In this document: positions 18,649-25,249 of the stretch, one piece after another
Numbering within the stretch: the first letter of the stretch is position 1
How the letters are laid out: each line of letters begins with the position of its first letter
IMG/VR virus record: IMGVR_UViG_3300020043_003224
Location: 1-27,098 of that record
Origin: a virus
Taxonomy: Duplodnaviria; Caudoviricetes
DNA length: 27,098 bases
Reading direction: 5' to 3' (one strand)
Made by a program: the position numbers and the translations under genes
The notes under the pieces: generated by a model
Told to the model about the DNA's origin: nothing
Seen by the model: only the letters and a program-made list of their open reading frames with translations
Database searches by the model: none

Positions 18649-18962
18649 ATTGCCCTCATGATTCGCTGATTCCGACCTGATTTGCCTTTGCGAACACCAA
18701 TAATTTCAATGTGACCCTTTTCGTATAGGGCCTTGAATCTACCAGTCACAGAAGAGTATGGGAGATGCGGGAACTCGGCAAGCACTTCATCTGAAATACA
18801 ACCCTCTGGGAAGCGTTTTATGGCCTCTAAGACCATTTGCTCCATCTTTGTTGTATCGATTTTCTCTGCTGCCTCATACGAGGTTACAGGGTCATCTCTA
18901 CGCACCAGCCTATGGAGGGGTGTGCCGAACTTCTCTTTGACGAATTGAAATGGATTGAACAT
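18645..18962 (-). CDS. Putative winged-helix DNA-binding protein
   Basis: RRDDPVTSYEAA...SSVTGRFKALYEKGHI...RKGKSGRNQ; AGGAG RBS. Confidence 0.65.
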   Translation of the reverse strand: MFNPFQFVKEKFGTPLHRLVRRDDPVTSYEAAEKIDTTKMEQMVLEAIKRFPEGCISDEVLAEFPHLPYSSVTGRFKALYEKGHIEIIGVRKGKSGRNQRIMRAI

Positions 18963-18981
18963 GATTGACTCCTATGAAAAA

Positions 18982-19091
18982 TGGTGGGGTACTCGCTGCG
19001 TCTGTGGAAGGAATCGAACCCTCGCCTCCAACCTAGCTCAAAAGCCAAGCAGTTGCTCTACCAAACGCGCTCACAGCATCCGCTTTCCCCC
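18982..19091 (-). ncRNA. tRNA-like structured RNA with extended acceptor stem ending ACCA
   Basis: Minus strand has a D-arm-like TGGTAGAGCA, T-arm GAGGG-TTCGATT-CCTTC, CTGTG/CACAG stem, and outer GGGG/CCCC stem followed by ACCA. Fills an intergenic gap. Confidence 0.65.
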
Positions 19092-19096
19092 GTAAC

Positions 19097-19351
19097 TCAA
19101 AAAGGCAAATCCGAATCGTCATCAATTGGCTTTGACGGACGAGGAGTTGACTTGGCAGGCGGTTGCTCATCCTTGGGCGAAAGTGCCAGACCCATGAACT
19201 TGCCACTCTTGCCCTCTTTAATCCAGGCTGACAGCCAATAGTCTGTGCCATTGACAATCATGCTGCCCTTGTAATCGGGGTGTTTCTCAGACTCTTTCTT
19301 GTCGTTCTTGAACAAAACGCCTGAGTTATCTCGTGCTTGCTTTTCCATCAT
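19097..19351 (-). CDS. Single-stranded DNA-binding protein-like (DUF736-like)
   Basis: [10 protein letters not shown]....PDYKG...W.SAW; acidic tail ending DDDSDLPF; adjacent to ERF. Confidence 0.75.
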   Translation of the reverse strand: MMEKQARDNSGVLFKNDKKESEKHPDYKGSMIVNGTDYWLSAWIKEGKSGKFMGLALSPKDEQPPAKSTPRPSKPIDDDSDLPF

Positions 19352-19965
19352 TTGCCTTTCAGTGATTCATTGTGTTTCTTGAGTGCTGATCGCACATTGC
19401 TGGGCAGTTGCCCCCAAACATGGGTTTTCTCGTCAGCGTCTGTCAGACCTGAGAACTCTTCCCATGCGCCAATAATGTCGTCGGCATCAAAGCGGTCTTG
19501 GATGGCGATTGCGACATCTTGTAATAGGCTCTCTCGTGACTCGTCTACCTCTACTTTGGTAGGACGAACGACAGGGCCATCACCTTTCTTGCCTGTTGTG
19601 GCATCTAGCGCATCATGCTCAACAATCTCAAGTGCTGCCACCCACAGATAGCGTCTGAGGTAGGTCTGCACAGCGCCAAGGTTTTGCACCTCATGGCAAC
19701 CTTTGAGTGCGGCTGATGACATGGGGGATTCAATAACGATGACCTCATCTGGCTTCTCGTTGTTGACAATACGCATATCTGCTGTTTCTTTGCCAAAGCT
19801 AATCACTGAGGTTAGACCAACCTCTTTGAAGATTTGCAAGGCGGGGACTACGAAGTCTGAGAGTTCAAAGTATTTGTAACCAGCGAACTTGTTTTGACCA
19901 GACTTATTGAGTTTTGATTGATGGAAGCGTTCACGAGCTTCATTGAGTTTTTGATACACATTCAT
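19348..19965 (-). CDS. erf: ERF-family ssDNA annealing protein
   Basis: KSGQNKF..YKYFEL.D and [13 protein letters not shown] (GSxxTYxRRY-type) motifs. Confidence 0.88.
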   Translation of the reverse strand: MNVYQKLNEARERFHQSKLNKSGQNKFAGYKYFELSDFVVPALQIFKEVGLTSVISFGKETADMRIVNNEKPDEVIVIESPMSSAALKGCHEVQNLGAVQTYLRRYLWVAALEIVEHDALDATTGKKGDGPVVRPTKVEVDESRESLLQDVAIAIQDRFDADDIIGAWEEFSGLTDADEKTHVWGQLPSNVRSALKKHNESLKGK

Positions 19966-19992
19966 AGGTAACTCCTGTTGATTGAAGATTCA

Positions 19993-20196
19993 TTATAAAT
20001 TTTTGTCGCCTGTTGACTCAAGTTTTTTCAGCAGATCAGAGATGATGATTGACATTCTGTGTATCTGCTTGTTGTGTTGACCCAACATGATCACAAAGTC
20101 ATTCACCTGAGTTTCCAAAGAGTTAAGCCTTGTGAGCAACTCTTCTTCTCTCGGGCTATTGCTAGTCAGGCTGATAGAACCAGTCTCTGTATTCAT
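19993..20196 (-). CDS. Small coiled-coil hypothetical protein
   Basis: In operon; heptad pattern. Confidence 0.55.
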   Translation of the reverse strand: MNTETGSISLTSNSPREEELLTRLNSLETQVNDFVIMLGQHNKQIHRMSIIISDLLKKLESTGDKNL

Positions 20197-20425
20197 GTTT
20201 TAGCCTTTCAATGACTTTCTTGATGTCTTTGATGATGTTCTCTGGCAGATCGCCTGTGGACGGCTCATCTTCATCATTTTTGAAGACAGGCTCATCATCA
20301 TCGTTGATGAAGATTTCATATTTACATTCAAATCTTCCATCGCAATCAATGTCTTGATCAATGACTTTCATGTAATACCAGTCGTCATTGAACGACCCTA
20401 AATCTTGCCAAGCATCGTCACTCAT
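20162..20425 (-). CDS. Acidic hypothetical protein
   Basis: ATGA-coupled start MSDDAW with AAGGAG RBS; D/E-rich. Confidence 0.65.
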   Translation of the reverse strand: MSDDAWQDLGSFNDDWYYMKVIDQDIDCDGRFECKYEIFINDDDEPVFKNDEDEPSTGDLPENIIKDIKKVIERLKHEYRDWFYQPD

Positions 20426-20613
20426 TTGAAGCTCCTTTTGAGTTGCTCTGCTGCAATCCAAGCACCCAGTAGGGTTGCCTTAGAGTGCAACTCAGCAATG
20501 TCAGCCATATAGCCCTGATACTGCTTGTGTAGGCACTTGTCGTGCAGACTTCTGACCACACGCTCCATCTCCATCAGCAAACTGCTGTAATCGATAAAAT
20601 CACTTTTGCTCAT
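20422..20613 (-). CDS. Hypothetical protein
   Basis: Start MSKSDFIDY after AAGGA preferred to 20694. Confidence 0.65.
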   Translation of the reverse strand: MSKSDFIDYSSLLMEMERVVRSLHDKCLHKQYQGYMADIAELHSKATLLGAWIAAEQLKRSFK

Positions 20614-20776
20614 AATGCTTTTCCTTGTTCTCAATTGGCTGCCATCCAAACTTCTTCCAAGTCTGTGTGACATCAGTGGCTGATGCTGGCACATACACGA
20701 ATTTCTTGTCTAGCAAGGTCTGAGGGCGAACCTCAGTCTGTGGGCGATGTTCCATCTGGATTGCTTTGAGTTTCAT
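20600..20776 (-). CDS. Hypothetical protein, 58 aa (not in ORF track)
   Basis: MKLKAIQMEHRPQTEVRPQTLLDKKFVYVPASATDVTQTWKKFGWQPIENKEKHYEQK; ATGA-coupled. Confidence 0.7.
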   Translation of the reverse strand: MKLKAIQMEHRPQTEVRPQTLLDKKFVYVPASATDVTQTWKKFGWQPIENKEKHYEQK

Positions 20777-20952
20777 TTGACCCCCATTAAGTTTAAGATT
20801 GCGTCAATTGTTTTCCTGTCATAGGTTCCGTGGCACTCCAACTTGGCAACTGGAGTTCTAGTCATGTTCACAATTTTGACTGTGACCAAGAACTTGTCTC
20901 CCTTCTTTGTTGGGTCTGGAATGTCCATGCTAATTCCTGTTGGCTTAGTCAT
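20773..20952 (-). CDS. Hypothetical protein, 59 aa (not in ORF track)
   Basis: MTKPTGISMDIPDPTKKGDKFLVTVKIVNM...NLMGVK; TAATG and ATGA coupling. Confidence 0.65.
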   Translation of the reverse strand: MTKPTGISMDIPDPTKKGDKFLVTVKIVNMTRTPVAKLECHGTYDRKTIDAILNLMGVK

Positions 20953-21155
20953 TATTTTCCATCCAGTTCATCATCAAGCAACGAATCAACGATGTAGTCT
21001 TGCTGTTCCTTGTCCATCTCGGCAAAAGTCTCGTAGTGGGCCTCACCACAGCAGCCAAGGCGATATTTTTCTTGCCCACAATAGCAGCAATACTCTGTTG
21101 AGTCTCTCATCTGGTCGTCCCAGATCAGTTTACGCAAAGCCTCTTTGTCCATCAT
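20952..21155 (-). CDS. Small Cys-rich (zinc-binding?) protein
   Basis: EYCCYC...GCCG motif. Confidence 0.7.
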   Translation of the reverse strand: MMDKEALRKLIWDDQMRDSTEYCCYCGQEKYRLGCCGEAHYETFAEMDKEQQDYIVDSLLDDELDGK

Positions 21156-21361
21156 TTGCTCTCCAACTGGTTGAGATAGTTGATGGCGATGGAATAGCGA
21201 CTGTCAGCAGACAGATCACGGAACTTGAGCCAGGATGACTGACCGCAGCACTCATCACGGCTCAGACGCTCTCTCATGCAGAAATAGCAATATTCCATGC
21301 CTGAATGAGCATCGTATGCCTCGTTGATCTTCTTCTCAGAATGAATCTTCATTTGCATCAC
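21152..21361 (-). CDS. Small Cys-rich (zinc-binding?) protein, paralogue of neighbour
   Basis: EYCYFC...ECCG motif. Confidence 0.7.
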   Translation of the reverse strand: MMQMKIHSEKKINEAYDAHSGMEYCYFCMRERLSRDECCGQSSWLKFRDLSADSRYSIAINYLNQLESK

Positions 21362-21840
21362 ATCTCTCCCAAAGTTTCAAGAAGTGCTTTTGCATCCTTG
21401 TAGATGGTGTTGTCTGTTGTGCCGACCATGATGTCAGTTTTGACATAGCGTTTGAGTGAGTTGATCAGCATGAGGTTGATCTCATGCACTTTGAGTTCAT
21501 CATCGTCTAGTGCGAGTTTATTTGTGATGGCCTGTTTTTTACGCTCTAGGGCTTGTTGCTGACGCTCTATCTGGCGCAGTTGGTATTCCTCAAGCTCTTG
21601 CACATCATCAATTGGCTTTGTAGGGTATTCATCATCCATGACCATGACACGGAACTCTGCTGTCATCTGAGCAGTGTTCTCAATGCGATTCCTGATGATG
21701 TCGGCTACATCAGTCCAGTGGTTGTTGCGGATGGCTTGACAGAGTGCTTCTGAGCCTTGGATGGCCTCAGTGATGTCGTCAATGTTGATGTCTTGGATGA
21801 ACGCCCATTTCTCAAATTTGATTTTGTCAGATTCATTCAC
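21358..21840 (-). CDS. Hypothetical protein, first gene of leftward operon
   Basis: GTG at 21840 with AGGAG RBS; the extension to 22047 runs through promoters and is rejected. Confidence 0.7.
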   Translation of the reverse strand: MNESDKIKFEKWAFIQDINIDDITEAIQGSEALCQAIRNNHWTDVADIIRNRIENTAQMTAEFRVMVMDDEYPTKPIDDVQELEEYQLRQIERQQQALERKKQAITNKLALDDDELKVHEINLMLINSLKRYVKTDIMVGTTDNTIYKDAKALLETLGEM

Positions 21841-21883
21841 TTTTGTGACTCCTATTGAACACTGCGTTGTTGCAGTGGGGTCT

Positions 21884-21911
21884 ATTGTGCATTGATTACA
21901 CACTTGGTCAA
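21884..21911 (-). promoter_or_regulatory. Leftward sigma70-type promoter
   Basis: TTGACC-N16-CACAAT upstream of the 21840 start. Confidence 0.6.
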
Positions 21912-21933
21912 TAGGGTGTGCAAAAAAGCAACG

Positions 21934-21968
21934 ATTGTATTTTTCTATTAGATTTGATCTGTTGATAG
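21934..21968. promoter_or_regulatory. LysR/OxyR-like operator, copy 1
   Basis: ATTGTATTTTTCTAT-N13-TTGATAG, same architecture as 26587-26621. Confidence 0.6.
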
Positions 21969-21980
21969 TATGTGAATAAC

Positions 21981-21995
21981 TAGGGAAAACACCTA
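21981..21995. promoter_or_regulatory. Palindromic operator-like site abutting the -35 box
   Basis: TAGG-GAAAACA-CCTA. Confidence 0.4.
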
Positions 21996-21998
21996 CAC

Positions 21999-22026
21999 TT
22001 GACAGTGTTAAGTTGCCGTGTATAAT
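21999..22026 (+). promoter_or_regulatory. Rightward sigma70 promoter
   Basis: Consensus hexamers TTGACA-N16-TATAAT. Confidence 0.85.
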
Positions 22027-22032
22027 GCAAAG

Positions 22033-22197
22033 CATCTGGAGTGGCATCTAGGTGGTGAAAACATAGTAAGAACCCCGCAGGTTTCTGTGTGGTCTTGTCA
22101 GGTAGCAAGCGAGTCTTTTGACTATGTTTTCAAACGCCTTGCTGCTGCTCACGCCAAGAGCCAAGACCACAGAGCGACTTTCGGGGTTTTTTCTTTT
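22033..22197 (+). ncRNA. c4-like antisense RNA with upstream target sites and U-tail
   Basis: Nested stems AACCCCG/CGGGGTT, TGTGGTCTTG/CAAGACCACA, GGTAGCAAG/CTTGCTGCT and GCTC/GAGC; loops complementary to upstream TGAAAACATAGT and TGGC. Confidence 0.7.
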
Positions 22198-22532
22198 GGT
22201 GCAGATCGGACTCCATCCGTTAGAAATGCACCCAGTCCTGGTGGCGTGGAAGAGAAGGGATGCCGTTTCAGTGATGACCCCGACGGCGTGGCGTTCCGTA
22301 GCGACCACAAAAACGAGCAGTTATACCGACTATCAGCGGCTGGCCCACGACACAGGGCGCTCGACAATTGGAATACGGCGTTTTGCGAGTAGCAGACTTT
22401 TTTTAACAGGAGTGAATGAGCATGGTCAATGAGAGTCAAGAGCAGGGTTGGCTAAGAGCTACCATAGACTGGACAGGTCGGGTATCTCGGGGTTATCCTA
22501 TGGTCAAAACAAAAGTAAAGAGGAGTTGATAA

Positions 22533-22745
22533 ATGAAAATGTTTCGAAGTTATCAAACAGAGTTCTATGTTTCAGATGCTGGGTTTCTTGTCATAAAGCA
22601 AGATTGTTTTTTTGATGGTGAAGCACCTACATTCTTACTGTCACCCGAGCAGACGAAACTTCTTTTCAGCTTGTTGCCAGAATTGATGGAAGAGCAAGAA
22701 GAACTCTGGACTGGTTTGATGAAAGATGATGACAAAGATGTTTGA
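22533..22745 (+). CDS. Small acidic hypothetical protein
   Basis: GAGGAG RBS; flanked by a 16-bp direct repeat. Confidence 0.7.
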   Translation: MKMFRSYQTEFYVSDAGFLVIKQDCFFDGEAPTFLLSPEQTKLLFSLLPELMEEQEELWTGLMKDDDKDV

Positions 22746-22776
22746 TGAGAGTCAAAAAAAGTAAAGAGGAGTCAAG

Positions 22777-23142
22777 ATGTTATTTGAAAGCCAATTCGAT
22801 AAGTTCTGGAAAGCATGGCCTAGTTCACCAAGAAAAGGGGCTAAGTCTGAGTGCAAGAAGAAGTGGGACAAACTTGGGTGTGATGGTGAGATTGACCAGA
22901 TCATCAAGCACATAGAATGGTTAAAGACCACAGACCAGTGGATTCGGGGCAATGGGTCGTTCATACCCGCCCCTTTGGTCTACCTCAATCAAAAACGATG
23001 GGATGGTGCAGAAGTGCCTGAAATCAAGCCTACAAGCGTCAAAGACGATACCCTGATCAAACTGGAAGAAAGCAGAAAAACGGCGATTCCTATGCCAGAA
23101 GAAATCAGGCAGCGATTGGCACAACTTAGGAGGGTAATGTGA
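22777..23142 (+). CDS. Phage replication initiator C-terminal-domain-like protein
   Basis: FDKFWKAWP..RK..K..CKKKW.KL...QW....G.FIPAP..YLNQKRWD pattern. Confidence 0.75.
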   Translation: MLFESQFDKFWKAWPSSPRKGAKSECKKKWDKLGCDGEIDQIIKHIEWLKTTDQWIRGNGSFIPAPLVYLNQKRWDGAEVPEIKPTSVKDDTLIKLEESRKTAIPMPEEIRQRLAQLRRVM

Positions 23143-23879
23143 ATGAGTTGGCTCTTTTCGCAGGTGCTGGTGGAGGAATACTTGGGGGAAAACTCCTTGG
23201 ATGGCGAACAGTCTGTGCAGTTGAATGGGAACCCTATCCAGCAAGCGTATTGTGCGCCAGACAAAATGACGGACTTCTCCCGCCTTTCCCGATTTGGGAT
23301 GATGTACGAACCTTTGATGGAAATCCTTGGAGAGGAATTGTTGATGTGGTATCTGGAGGGTTTCCATGCCAAGACATATCCGCAGCAGGGCGAGGGGCAG
23401 GGATTGATGGAGAGCGATCAGGAATGTGGCGAGAAATGGCACGCATCATTCGTGAAGTTCGACCCCGATTCGTGTTCGTGGAAAACTCACCAATGCTCAC
23501 TTCTAGGGGACTTGGAGTTGTTCTCGGAGACTTGGCCTCAATGGGGTTTGATGCGAGGTGGGGAGTGTTGGGAGCAGACTCCGTTGGGGCTTGTCACCAT
23601 AGAGAAAGAATTTGGATATTGGCCTACACCAACGGCGACAGATTGGAAGGCAACTGGGAAATTAGAAACATTAAAACGGCAAGGGGACAAGAATGGGGTT
23701 GGGCATCAAAACAGACCTCAATACCACTATGCCCGCAAATTCAACATGAAAATGCCGTTGGCAGCGCAAGAGATATTGATGATGTGGCCGCTAGGGTGGA
23801 CAGACTTAAAGCCATTGGAAATGGACAAGTTCCCTTATGTGCAGCAACAGCCTTCAGAATCCTGAGTAAAGACCTATGA
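23139..23879 (+). CDS. DNA (cytosine-5) methyltransferase, alpha-type polypeptide (motifs I-VIII and X)
   Basis: LFAGAGG (I), GGFPCQDIS (IV), FVENS (VI), HHRERIWI (VIII), RLKAIGNGQVP (X); no motif IX in this frame. Confidence 0.9.
   Translation: MNELALFAGAGGGILGGKLLGWRTVCAVEWEPYPASVLCARQNDGLLPPFPIWDDVRTFDGNPWRGIVDVVSGGFPCQDISAAGRGAGIDGERSGMWREMARIIREVRPRFVFVENSPMLTSRGLGVVLGDLASMGFDARWGVLGADSVGACHHRERIWILAYTNGDRLEGNWEIRNIKTARGQEWGWASKQTSIPLCPQIQHENAVGSARDIDDVAARVDRLKAIGNGQVPLCAATAFRILSKDL
23143..23865 (+). CDS. Overlapping +1-frame methyltransferase beta-type polypeptide (TRD and motif IX)
   Basis: 240 codons open inside the MTase; WPTPTATDWK and EILMMWPLGWTDL (motif IX-like). True start uncertain. 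Confidence 0.7.
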   Translation: MSWLFSQVLVEEYLGENSLDGEQSVQLNGNPIQQAYCAPDKMTDFSRLSRFGMMYEPLMEILGEELLMWYLEGFHAKTYPQQGEGQGLMESDQECGEKWHASFVKFDPDSCSWKTHQCSLLGDLELFSETWPQWGLMRGGECWEQTPLGLVTIEKEFGYWPTPTATDWKATGKLETLKRQGDKNGVGHQNRPQYHYARKFNMKMPLAAQEILMMWPLGWTDLKPLEMDKFPYVQQQPSES

Positions 23880-24061
23880 ACATTGAACAAGCCAAAAGAA
23901 TCCTTGATGAGCACAAAGAAACTGGATGCCATTCGCTACTCACAGTCACCAGAGCATTGTGGGCGACCGGAGATTTATGTGGAGTGGATGGACACTTGCT
24001 TGAGGCTGGCGAGGAACCCTGGGTGGAAGGCGCACATCTGGTGGAGAGTGCAAGACCTTGA
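23876..24061 (+). CDS. Hypothetical protein
   Basis: ATGA-coupled to the MTase stop; AKRILD...AL.ATGDL. Confidence 0.55.
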   Translation: MNIEQAKRILDEHKETGCHSLLTVTRALWATGDLCGVDGHLLEAGEEPWVEGAHLVESARP

Positions 24062-24131
24062 TGCTGACACATCTGGGCTATTCAAAGGCTTCAAAGAAGA
24101 TTTTTTAACCAGAATCAAGGCGATTAAATGA
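23883..24131 (+). CDS. Hypothetical protein overlapping the previous ORF (start uncertain)
   Basis: Stop is ATGA-coupled to the RuvC start; protein-like C-terminal half PGWKAHIWWRVQDLD. Confidence 0.5.
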   Translation: MNKPKESLMSTKKLDAIRYSQSPEHCGRPEIYVEWMDTCLRLARNPGWKAHIWWRVQDLDADTSGLFKGFKEDFLTRIKAIK

Positions 24132-24625
24132 CAATTTACTGCGGCATAGACCCTGGTTTGATCAGTGGTGCGGTAGGTGCTCTTGATCAGCATGGCAACT
24201 ACATCGAAGCATGGTTCATTGAGCATCAGGACAAGCGCATACTGCCCATTGTGTTCAAAAACGCCCTACTGAAGGCCATAGACCCCAAGGAAGGGGCGCA
24301 AATCTGCATTGAGAGCGTTCACAGTATGCCAGGGCAGGGAATCGCATCTACTGCCCGATTTATGCGAGCAGTAGGGGTTATTGAAGCAGTGTGTGAGTTG
24401 ACCCGCTACCCTGTCCACTTTGTCAGCCCCCAAGCCTGGAAAAAGTATTGGGGGTTAACCAGCAACAAAGATGAAAGCCTAGATGTGGCTCGGATGATGT
24501 GGCCTGAAGCGCCACTCAAACGAAAAAAAGATCATGGGGTGGCTGAGGCGTTGCTGATCGCAGACTATTGGAGGCAACTACATACAGGGTTGAAGCGTGA
24601 AAAAGCAGATACACCCCTACCTTGA
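24128..24625 (+). CDS. ruvC: RuvC-like Holliday junction resolvase
   Basis: GIDPG, CIESV, VSPQAWKK and DHGVAEALLIA catalytic motifs. Confidence 0.88.
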   Translation: MTIYCGIDPGLISGAVGALDQHGNYIEAWFIEHQDKRILPIVFKNALLKAIDPKEGAQICIESVHSMPGQGIASTARFMRAVGVIEAVCELTRYPVHFVSPQAWKKYWGLTSNKDESLDVARMMWPEAPLKRKKDHGVAEALLIADYWRQLHTGLKREKADTPLP

Positions 24626-24881
24626 TCAAGCCAGCATCGACATCCTGCTAAAACTGGGGCAGGGAAACATGAACGAAGGGGTCAGGATATGTGTTGCATG
24701 GGCGCAACACTTCTACAACATTGGACTAAGGGACGATCTAAATTTAGATCATATTGGGCTGGCGGTCAGGGTCAATCCTAAACAGACGATGGATTGGGAT
24801 GATTGGGAAGCCCTTAAAAATGCCCACAGAACCGATTTAAACGGCTTTTGGGACGATTTTTCAGGGTCAGACAATAGGTGA
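24597..24881 (+). CDS. Hypothetical protein (possible small DNA-binding protein)
   Basis: Overlaps the RuvC end; ILLKLGQGNMNEGVR. Confidence 0.55.
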   Translation: MKKQIHPYLDQASIDILLKLGQGNMNEGVRICVAWAQHFYNIGLRDDLNLDHIGLAVRVNPKQTMDWDDWEALKNAHRTDLNGFWDDFSGSDNR

Positions 24882-24929
24882 TTAGGGTAGAGGCGCTCAG
24901 AGGCTGATTTATGGGTTTGGATGGGGACG

Positions 24930-24952
24930 AAAAAAAGCCCCTAAAGAGGGGC
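24930..24952 (-). terminator. Rho-independent terminator of leftward early cluster
   Basis: Minus strand GCCCCT-cttt-AGGGGC-T7, at the convergence point. Confidence 0.8.
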
Positions 24953-24978
24953 AAGCCTTGGGGAAAGTGAGTAGGCGT

Positions 24979-25032
24979 TTACTTGCGTTTAAAAATGATT
25001 CTAAGGATTAGGGCTATGGAGGCGTAAATCAT
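24979..25032 (-). CDS. 17-aa hydrophobic micropeptide (not in ORF track)
   Basis: MIYASIALILRIIFKRK; GAGG RBS; sits between the last gene and the terminator. Confidence 0.5.
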   Translation of the reverse strand: MIYASIALILRIIFKRK

Positions 25033-25041
25033 GGACTGGCC

Positions 25042-25239
25042 TCAATGTATTGGGACATACTTTGACCCGTTCCATACTTGCAGATGGTCAGGAATAGCGT
25101 TATCCCATGTGAGGGAGCGCTGGGCTTCCCTAAGTGCGTCCTGATGGTCTGTTGCACCGATCATGATGTAACCAAAACGGCCTTGGTAACGATAAGAGGT
25201 CAGGCCAGCGACAGCTAAGGGGAGATCGTGGGTTTTCAT
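25042..25239 (-). CDS. Early hypothetical protein
   Basis: AGGGG RBS; SYRYQGRFGYIMIGA. Confidence 0.7.
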   Translation of the reverse strand: MKTHDLPLAVAGLTSYRYQGRFGYIMIGATDHQDALREAQRSLTWDNAIPDHLQVWNGSKYVPIH

Positions 25240-25249
25240 GGTCTACCCC

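Noticed and set aside
19002-19076. Canonical tRNA-Lys gene
   Set aside because: Anticodon arm too long, D-stem imperfect and CCA displaced by an inserted scaffold; reported as tRNA-like ncRNA instead.
21841-22047. N-terminal extension of the 229-aa ORF
   Set aside because: Runs through promoters and operators; a clear AGGAG RBS supports GTG at 21840.
22018-22439. Four overlapping ORFs of 86-124 aa on both strands
   Set aside because: No RBS or protein-like motifs; region better explained by RNA structure, though coding is not excluded without homologues.
24964-24984. AAGTGAGT...TTTACTT imperfect palindrome
   Set aside because: Too degenerate and single-copy to support an operator call.
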